This document shows positions 58,112 to 64,000 of a DNA stretch of 64,000 nucleotides, one piece after another. How positions within the stretch are numbered: the first letter of the stretch is position 1; each line of letters starts with the position of its first letter. The stretch comes from Methylovulum sp. (GTDB lineage Bacteria > Pseudomonadota > Gammaproteobacteria > Methylococcales > Methylomonadaceae). Below the pieces are notes generated by a model. That model was given only the letters and a program-made list of their open reading frames with translations. It had not been told where the DNA came from and made no database searches. The stretch lies in the NCBI GenBank assembly GCA_028712695.1, contig JAQTQZ010000016.1, positions 8,678-72,677 on the forward strand, given 5' to 3'. The position numbers and the translations under genes were made by a program.

Positions 58112-61100
58112 ATGACCGCTAAGCCTTTTGATCCTGTAGAAACCGAACTCCGCTTAGGCGTGAATCTGATTGAAGCCAGTGCCGGTACTGGCAAAACCTA
58201 TGCCATTGCAATGCTGGTGCTGCGCTTTGTGGGTGAATTAGGCATGACCATTGAAGAATTGCTGGTGGTCACGTTTACTAAAGCGGCAACGGAAGAGCTT
58301 AAGGAGCGGGTGCGGGCCAGATTGGCCGAGGCCAGAAGGGCATTGGCTGGGCATTCCGAGGGCATCGATAGCAATGTTATCCGCTGGTTAGACGGCTTGG
58401 CTATTGATCCGGCGCTGGTTAAACAACGGGTGGATTTGGCGTTGCTGGATATTGACCAGGCCAGCGTTTTTACCATTCACGGCTTTTGCCAACGGGTGTT
58501 AAGGGAACATGCGTTGGAAAGCGGGCAATTGTTCGATGCGGAATTAACGGGCGACTTGGCGGTAATCAAACAAGCTTGTGCGGATGATTTTTGGCGGCGG
58601 CAGATTTATCCCCGCACGGCGTGGGAAGTGGCGGCGCTGACGACCGGCTTCAAAACACCCGATGCCTTGCTGGCGAGCGTGGATAGGGTTAACGGGGGGA
58701 TAGCCGTTTACCCTGAACAACTCGATTTGGCTATTAGTTTGGCGCAATTAAAGCAAGCGGTTGCCAGCGCGGCAGACCAGTTGGATGGTTGTCTGGATGC
58801 AGTGTGCGGGGCGGGTGATAAATTTAAGGCCAGCTACCGCCGTAGCCTTGTTGCACAAAGCGGGACATTGAAAAACTGGCTGCACGGCGCTTGTTTGCCG
58901 CCGGAAAAATCTGCTTTTGCGCTGTTGACGGCAAACGGTTTGCGGGAAGGTTTGGATGGCGTTAAGTTTAGAAGCAATAAAACGCAATCGTCCGACGAGC
59001 GCAAAAACACGTATTTGACGCAGCTGGCGATTGACACGGCTGCCTTCGATGCGCTCGCCGATGCCTTCAAACAGTTGACGTTAACGCTACGCCGCGCCTT
59101 GCTGGAAACCTTGCGCACCGAGTTGGACAAGCGCTTGCAACAGCTTAATGTGTTGTCGTTTGATGATTTGATTAGCCGCTTGTCCGAAACGCTGCAAGGT
59201 GAAAAAAGCGCGTTATTGATAGCCCAATTACAGCAGCGTTTTAAAGCCGCTTTAATTGATGAGTTTCAAGACACCGACCAAAGCCAGTGGTTTATCTTTT
59301 CCTCGTTATTTGCCGCACCCAGCCAATATTTATATCTGATTGGTGATCCTAAACAGGCGATTTACAAATTCCGTGGCGCCGATATTTATTCGTATCTGGA
59401 CGCCCAAAAACAGGCCGAACATCAATTCACGCTAGGCAAAAACTGGCGTTCACATCCGCAATTGGTTGACGCGGTCAATGCCCTTTTTAAACATCCGCAG
59501 GCGTTTTTGTTGGATGATTTGGCGTTTAAAGAAGTAAAACCGGCATTATCGGCAGAGGACGGCGCGTTGCAACAAGGCGGACAGGCGCTGGCGCCGATGA
59601 TGCTCTGGCAGTTGCCGCCAAGTGACGGCAAAAATGGCTATTGGACGGAGGGCAAGGCGGCGGCCGAAATTCGGCTTGCCGTGATTAATGAAATTGTGCG
59701 GCTGCTTAACGGCGATTTCATCTTAGTCCGCAAGCAAGACGGCATTGAAACGGTGCGCAAAATACAGCCGCAAGACATTGCCATTTTGGTCAGGACTAAC
59801 CAACAAGCCCAAGAATATCAGGCCGCGTTACGTGCGGTCGGCGTGCCGTCGGTGTTAAACAATACGGAATCTGTGTTCACTGCTCAGGAAGCCGCCGATT
59901 TATATGTGGTGTTGCAGGCCGTGGCGCATCCGGGTGATGTGGCGCGGCTTAAAGAAATGTTGGCGCTTAGCTGGTTTGGGATGGATGGGCAGGCACTGTA
60001 TCAAACCATTAATAACGAAGCCGAACTTGATGCCTGGATGTCACGTTTTTTAGGCTATTTTCAGGACTGGCAGCAATCCGGATTGATGACTATGATGCAG
60101 CACCTTTTCGGACAGGAAAACGTCAAGGCCACGCTGGCTGCAAGCGAATTGGCAGACCGGTGCTTGACCAATTTGCAGCATGTGATTGAGCTGGTGCAAC
60201 AGGCGGCAGTGGATGAACACTTGGGTATCAATAAAACGTTGGATTGGCTACATAACGCAATCACCCAAGCGCTACAGCATAAAACCAGTGGCGAGACGCA
60301 GTTGCTACGCTTGGAAACCGATGAAGATGCCGTCAATATCGTCACCATGCACCGCGCCAAAGGCTTGGAATATCCGCTCGTGTTTTGCCCCTATCTTTGG
60401 TACCGCAGCCCCTATTTAAACAGCGAGCAAAATTTGATCACTTGCCATGAACAAGGGCAGATGATTGCCGATTTGGGTTCCGAGGCATTTGAGGCACATC
60501 GCGCACAAGCCTTAATGGAAGAACTGGCCGAAGATTTGCGCGTTTTTTATGTGGCGGTGACCCGCGCAAAATACCGGTGCTATCTTATTTGGGGGGACGT
60601 GCGCTCTGCGGATAAAGCCAACGATTCGGCAATGGCGCACTTACTGGCATTTGCCGAGGCTGATTTTGCCGCCCAACAAGCCAAACTAAAAGGCTTTAGC
60701 GAACAGTCCGCCGCCTTTGCCTATCAGTTATTGGACGTGCCGGGACAACCCGAAGGCCGCTATCAACAATGGACTACAGTCCCGAAACTGGAAGCGCGGG
60801 TACAACGAAGGTCGTTATACACCCGCTGGCAAATGAGCAGCTACACCGCCTTGTCGGCATTAAGCCTGACCGATGCGCCCGAACTGCCCGAAGACAAGGC
60901 GCGGGAAGAGCCCGTGCAAGCCGAAAAATTGCTGGCTGAACTGCCGCGCGGCGCACATACCGGCAATGTCGTGCATGATTTATTGGAGAACACTACGTTT
61001 CTGGACTTGGCAGAACGCAAAGACATCACCGCCCAACGCGAAAAGGCCTGCCTGCGCTACGGACTAAAACTAGAACAGCCCAGCCTGCTCGATGACCTGT

Positions 61101-61645
61101 TATGGGCAACAGTGAGCACGCCGTTGTCAGCAACCGATACAGATTTTTGCCTGAAAAATGTGCCGGACAGGCGCTGTCTTAAAGAAATGCCGTTTTATCT
61201 GGCAATGCAGACGATGGACGCCCGCCAAATCAACGGCATTTTAGAGGGTTCACCCGCCTACCAACCGTTAAGCAGCAAAGTGATGTGCGGCTTCCTCACC
61301 GGTTTTATCGACCTGATCTGCGCCTATCAAGGCCGCTATTATGTCATGGACTATAAAACCAACAGCTTGCCGGACTACGTGCCGGAAACCCTCACCCACG
61401 CCATGCGCGAACACAATTACGGCCTGCAATACTGGCTGTACACCGTCGTGTTACACCGTTATCTGCAAAACCGCCTGCCCGATTACGATTATGAAACCCA
61501 TTTTGGCGGCGTGCGCTATTTGTTTGTCCGTGGGATGCAGCCGGATGTGGCAATGAGCGGGGTTTATCAGGACAGGCCGGAGTTGGAAAGGGTTGAGGAA
61601 TTGGCGGGGGTGTTTAGTGGGGATGAATTCCGTAGGTTGGGGTGA
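58112..61645 (+). CDS. recB: Exodeoxyribonuclease V subunit beta
   Basis: IEASAGTGKT, VTFTKAAT, FTIHGFC, DEFQDTD, IGDPKQAIY, TMHRAKGLE, nuclease GFIDL...MDYKTN, Y.LQY. Confidence 0.96.
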   Translation: MTAKPFDPVETELRLGVNLIEASAGTGKTYAIAMLVLRFVGELGMTIEELLVVTFTKAATEELKERVRARLAEARRALAGHSEGIDSNVIRWLDGLAIDPALVKQRVDLALLDIDQASVFTIHGFCQRVLREHALESGQLFDAELTGDLAVIKQACADDFWRRQIYPRTAWEVAALTTGFKTPDALLASVDRVNGGIAVYPEQLDLAISLAQLKQAVASAADQLDGCLDAVCGAGDKFKASYRRSLVAQSGTLKNWLHGACLPPEKSAFALLTANGLREGLDGVKFRSNKTQSSDERKNTYLTQLAIDTAAFDALADAFKQLTLTLRRALLETLRTELDKRLQQLNVLSFDDLISRLSETLQGEKSALLIAQLQQRFKAALIDEFQDTDQSQWFIFSSLFAAPSQYLYLIGDPKQAIYKFRGADIYSYLDAQKQAEHQFTLGKNWRSHPQLVDAVNALFKHPQAFLLDDLAFKEVKPALSAEDGALQQGGQALAPMMLWQLPPSDGKNGYWTEGKAAAEIRLAVINEIVRLLNGDFILVRKQDGIETVRKIQPQDIAILVRTNQQAQEYQAALRAVGVPSVLNNTESVFTAQEAADLYVVLQAVAHPGDVARLKEMLALSWFGMDGQALYQTINNEAELDAWMSRFLGYFQDWQQSGLMTMMQHLFGQENVKATLAASELADRCLTNLQHVIELVQQAAVDEHLGINKTLDWLHNAITQALQHKTSGETQLLRLETDEDAVNIVTMHRAKGLEYPLVFCPYLWYRSPYLNSEQNLITCHEQGQMIADLGSEAFEAHRAQALMEELAEDLRVFYVAVTRAKYRCYLIWGDVRSADKANDSAMAHLLAFAEADFAAQQAKLKGFSEQSAAFAYQLLDVPGQPEGRYQQWTTVPKLEARVQRRSLYTRWQMSSYTALSALSLTDAPELPEDKAREEPVQAEKLLAELPRGAHTGNVVHDLLENTTFLDLAERKDITAQREKACLRYGLKLEQPSLLDDLLWATVSTPLSATDTDFCLKNVPDRRCLKEMPFYLAMQTMDARQINGILEGSPAYQPLSSKVMCGFLTGFIDLICAYQGRYYVMDYKTNSLPDYVPETLTHAMREHNYGLQYWLYTVVLHRYLQNRLPDYDYETHFGGVRYLFVRGMQPDVAMSGVYQDRPELERVEELAGVFSGDEFRRLG

Positions 61646-61729
61646 GTGTGCGAACCCCAACATTTTACGTTTCGATGTGTTGTGTACCCTGGGGCATAAA
61701 AGCTTAGCACACTCACCCCACCTACAGCA
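61631..61729. repeat. REP doublet (REPIN-like), GTAG family
   Basis: CGTAGGTTGGGGTGAGTGTGCGAACCCCAAC at 61631 and a degenerate inverted copy (GCACACTCACCCACCTAC) near 61708-61724; overlaps the recB stop. Confidence 0.7.
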
Positions 61730-61792
61730 CTTGATAAACGAGGTTAATAGCTCTATTATGTCCAAAATTATAGCCATAATTGAGGATTTCTG

Positions 61793-62071
61793 ATGAAGAC
61801 TAATACTATAGCCGAGGCAAAAAACAACCTGTCACAACTCATTTATCAGCTTGAATCGGACGAACCCATACACCTTACCCGTCATGGCAAGCCTGTTGCT
61901 GTGATGCTATCAGAAGCCAATTACCAAAAACTCATCCAAAAAAACAATGGCTTATATCAAGCTATCCAGCACTGGCGTAACCAATTGGGCAGTGACGGCG
62001 CATTGACTGAAGCCGAACTCAACACCTTACGCGCAAGTAGTCAGGCACGCGAGTTTTCATGGGACGAATAA
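61793..62071 (+). CDS. Phd/YefM family antitoxin (VapB-like)
   Basis: TIAEAKNNLSQLI...IHLTRHGKPVAVM. Confidence 0.88.
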   Translation: MKTNTIAEAKNNLSQLIYQLESDEPIHLTRHGKPVAVMLSEANYQKLIQKNNGLYQAIQHWRNQLGSDGALTEAELNTLRASSQAREFSWDE

Positions 62072-62481
62072 GCTATCTGCTGGATAGCAATATCCTTTCG
62101 GAACCTGCCCGCTTAAAGCCTAATGACAGGGTATTGCAACGCTTTGCCACTCATGACGGTGATTATGCAACGGCAGCGATAGTCTGGCATGAGCTGGTTT
62201 ATGGGTGTGAATTACTGCCCGCCTCAAAAAGAAAAAAACAACTGCAATCCTATCTGGCGATGTTATTGGCAAACGGCTTGATCGTCTTGCCATTTGATCA
62301 AGCCGCCGCCGACTGGTACGCGAAAGAACGCGCCAGATTGCAACGGGAAGGAAAAACCTGTGCGTATGCGGATGGTGAAATCGCTGCTATTGCTGTGACC
62401 CAACAGCTAATACTCGTTACTCGAAACACTCACGATTTTGAGAATTTTCAGGAGTTAGTGTTACAAAATTGGTTTGAATAA
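62059..62481 (+). CDS. PIN-domain toxin (VapC/FitB-like)
   Basis: YLLDSNILSE, WHELVYG, LPFDQAAA, DGEIAAIA, LVTRNTHDF. Confidence 0.9.
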   Translation: MGRISYLLDSNILSEPARLKPNDRVLQRFATHDGDYATAAIVWHELVYGCELLPASKRKKQLQSYLAMLLANGLIVLPFDQAAADWYAKERARLQREGKTCAYADGEIAAIAVTQQLILVTRNTHDFENFQELVLQNWFE

Positions 62482-62605
62482 ATGGTGGATTGGGGTTCGC
62501 AAGCTAATAGAGGTTATATGTTGACCTCCGCGTTACGGCTACCAGTCCTCCAAGGACGCGCAGTCGTGAAATTTCCGTGTTGAACTAACACATCATCGAA
62601 GCGTA

Positions 62606-62757
62606 TAGGCTGGGATTCGCACGCTCACCTTAACTTACGGCACTTGTTAGCGGGGAAAGCATCGTAGGGCGGTTTCGCGTCAGCAAACCGCCATGCCTAA
62701 CGAAACGTAGGAGCTTTGAAAGGGTGGGTTGCTGACGCGAATCCACCCTACGGCACT
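62606..62757. repeat. Cluster of GTAG REP-like repeats, including an inverted pair
   Basis: CGTAGGGCGGTTTCGCGTCAGCAAACCGCC (62663-62692) inverted with 62722-62752; degenerate reverse copy of the 61631 REP near 62608-62640. Confidence 0.7.
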
Positions 62758-62935
62758 ACCGATTGCTTTGGGGCAGTTGGGGTATTGGTATAACCGAACT
62801 AGGAATTGGCAGCAGGGGTTGATTGACTATAAGTAACGCTGTATAGGAATGAAGAAAGCGCCTAGTTTAGAGTTTTTCGTACCTTAACCCATCTGCAAAC
62901 TATAAAACACGATGAATTTACAATAGGATTTCCAG

Positions 62936-63829
62936 TTGGACAGCGTAATTAATAAGCTATCGTTTGCATGGTGGAACACCAGTCTTTCACCATTGGCAAA
63001 AAGTCGTTCCAGTGAGGATGATAAAAAAATTGCCATTGCGGTAATTTATCGCCTATTGTTCGAACTTGAAATTGATTTTCTGGCTTTAGGTGAAACTTCA
63101 ACGGAAGATATTGTTTTGTTACAAAGTCGTGATGACTTTAGTTGTTTTCGAATTGTTAGTGGAGTTTCTAAAGTAGACAGGATCACATTTGATACTTGCT
63201 TTGTTTATAGGCCTGACAGAATTCAAATGGATGAACTAATTGAAATCGATACCGGAAAAAGTGGCAAAAAAATAAAAATCGCCCAGAAAATGGCTATAAA
63301 AATTGGAACTGATGATATGTTCCATGTGTTTGTTTCGCACTGGCAAAGTCGGCAATATTGTCCTGAAAATGATCCCAACCGCCATTTACTAGGGTTGCGC
63401 TTACGTGATGAAGCAGATGATATTTACGCTAATTCACAGTCTGAACCGTACATTATTTTTTTAGGTGATTTCAATGATGAACCTTTTGATTCATCTTTAA
63501 GCACACAGCTTATGGCAACTAGAGATAAGGCATTGGCTATTAAGAATAAACGATTGCTCTATAATCCGTTTTGGCAACGTTTGAGCTATCAAAACTTAGA
63601 AGCCTTGGATTATGCTGGAACCTATTTTGACAAAAGAGGCCCGTTATCCAAATGGCGCACATTCGATCAAATCATTGTGTCATCAGCATTTTTAAAATCT
63701 ATGGCATGGTGTTTAAACGAAACATTAACAGGAATAGTCAATATTCCTGAATATTTAACAATGGTTAAAAATAGCAAATCAATTTTTGACCATCTTCCCA
63801 TCATGGTTACATTTGAGAGGAATTTGTAA
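62936..63829 (+). CDS. Endonuclease/exonuclease/phosphatase (EEP) family protein
   Basis: AWWNT, ALGET, VSHWQSR, LGDFNDEP, TFDQIIVS, FDHLPI; AT-rich; TTG start. Confidence 0.8.
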   Translation: MDSVINKLSFAWWNTSLSPLAKSRSSEDDKKIAIAVIYRLLFELEIDFLALGETSTEDIVLLQSRDDFSCFRIVSGVSKVDRITFDTCFVYRPDRIQMDELIEIDTGKSGKKIKIAQKMAIKIGTDDMFHVFVSHWQSRQYCPENDPNRHLLGLRLRDEADDIYANSQSEPYIIFLGDFNDEPFDSSLSTQLMATRDKALAIKNKRLLYNPFWQRLSYQNLEALDYAGTYFDKRGPLSKWRTFDQIIVSSAFLKSMAWCLNETLTGIVNIPEYLTMVKNSKSIFDHLPIMVTFERNL

Positions 63830-64000
63830 TGGTAGATTTTATCGCGGCTTTTAAAGAAGGGCTCAGTGCAGCTGATATAGCTGATAAAAATAAACGTGAA
63901 ATTGCTTCAGTATTTGAAGAATTGAACAAACAACTTACGAAGGAAACTGATGGAAAAGTGAAAATAAGTATAAGAGACAGTCCTATGTCTGCATTATCAC
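63829..64000 (+). CDS. Partial hypothetical protein (runs off window end)
   Basis: TAATG overlap with the EEP stop; MVDFIAAFKEGLSAADIADKNKREIASVFEELNKQLTKETDGKVKISIRD... Confidence 0.7.
   Translation, partial: MVDFIAAFKEGLSAADIADKNKREIASVFEELNKQLTKETDGKVKISIRDSPMSALS

Noticed and set aside
48400-61645. Apparent rise in GC relative to 13-37 kb
   Set aside because: Not quantified; the genes are core and syntenic and there is no boundary feature, so transfer or chimerism cannot be claimed without a GC/coverage plot

Overview
64 kb of gammaproteobacterial chromosome. The host is probably a Methylococcaceae-type methanotroph (inference from the Fae homolog, the exosortase-A-associated ligase/decarboxylase pair and the core gene order). 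1-13 kb is a minus-strand surface-polysaccharide locus (wzm, wzt, two FdtA/WxcM-like cupins, rfbH/ddhC, GT2, GtrA, radical SAM) that has been heavily reworked. It holds three toxin-antitoxin-type modules and a PemK/MazF toxin domain fused in frame to RfbH. A 145-bp MITE (23-bp TIRs, 8-bp TSD) sits in frame inside rfbH, the rfbH 3' end is duplicated around an MntA-HepT pair, and a transketolase::cupin chimeric pseudogene is cut by a second MITE (101 bp, TA duplication). 13-51 kb is mostly housekeeping (QseBC-like pair, cytochrome c, argG, CHAD/sixA/pstSCAB-phoU, bamD-rluD-pgeF, pgm, rdgC, dapF::DUF484 fusion-xerC, Pat, nth, fae, pgsA-uvrC). It also carries an MNIO (DUF692/DUF2063) RiPP cluster with a 13-Cys, Met-rich precursor. 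51-55 kb is an alpha-glucan locus (DUF4912, GH57, and a tandem CBM21-like + EEP phosphatase). 55-64 kb has a third MITE carrying a perfect 34-bp palindrome, a lytic transglycosylase, corA, recB, a REP-bracketed vapBC and an AT-rich EEP-nuclease + small-protein pair that runs off the end. No rRNA, tRNA or CRISPR array was found. Family assignments are by motif recognition only; no database searches were run.
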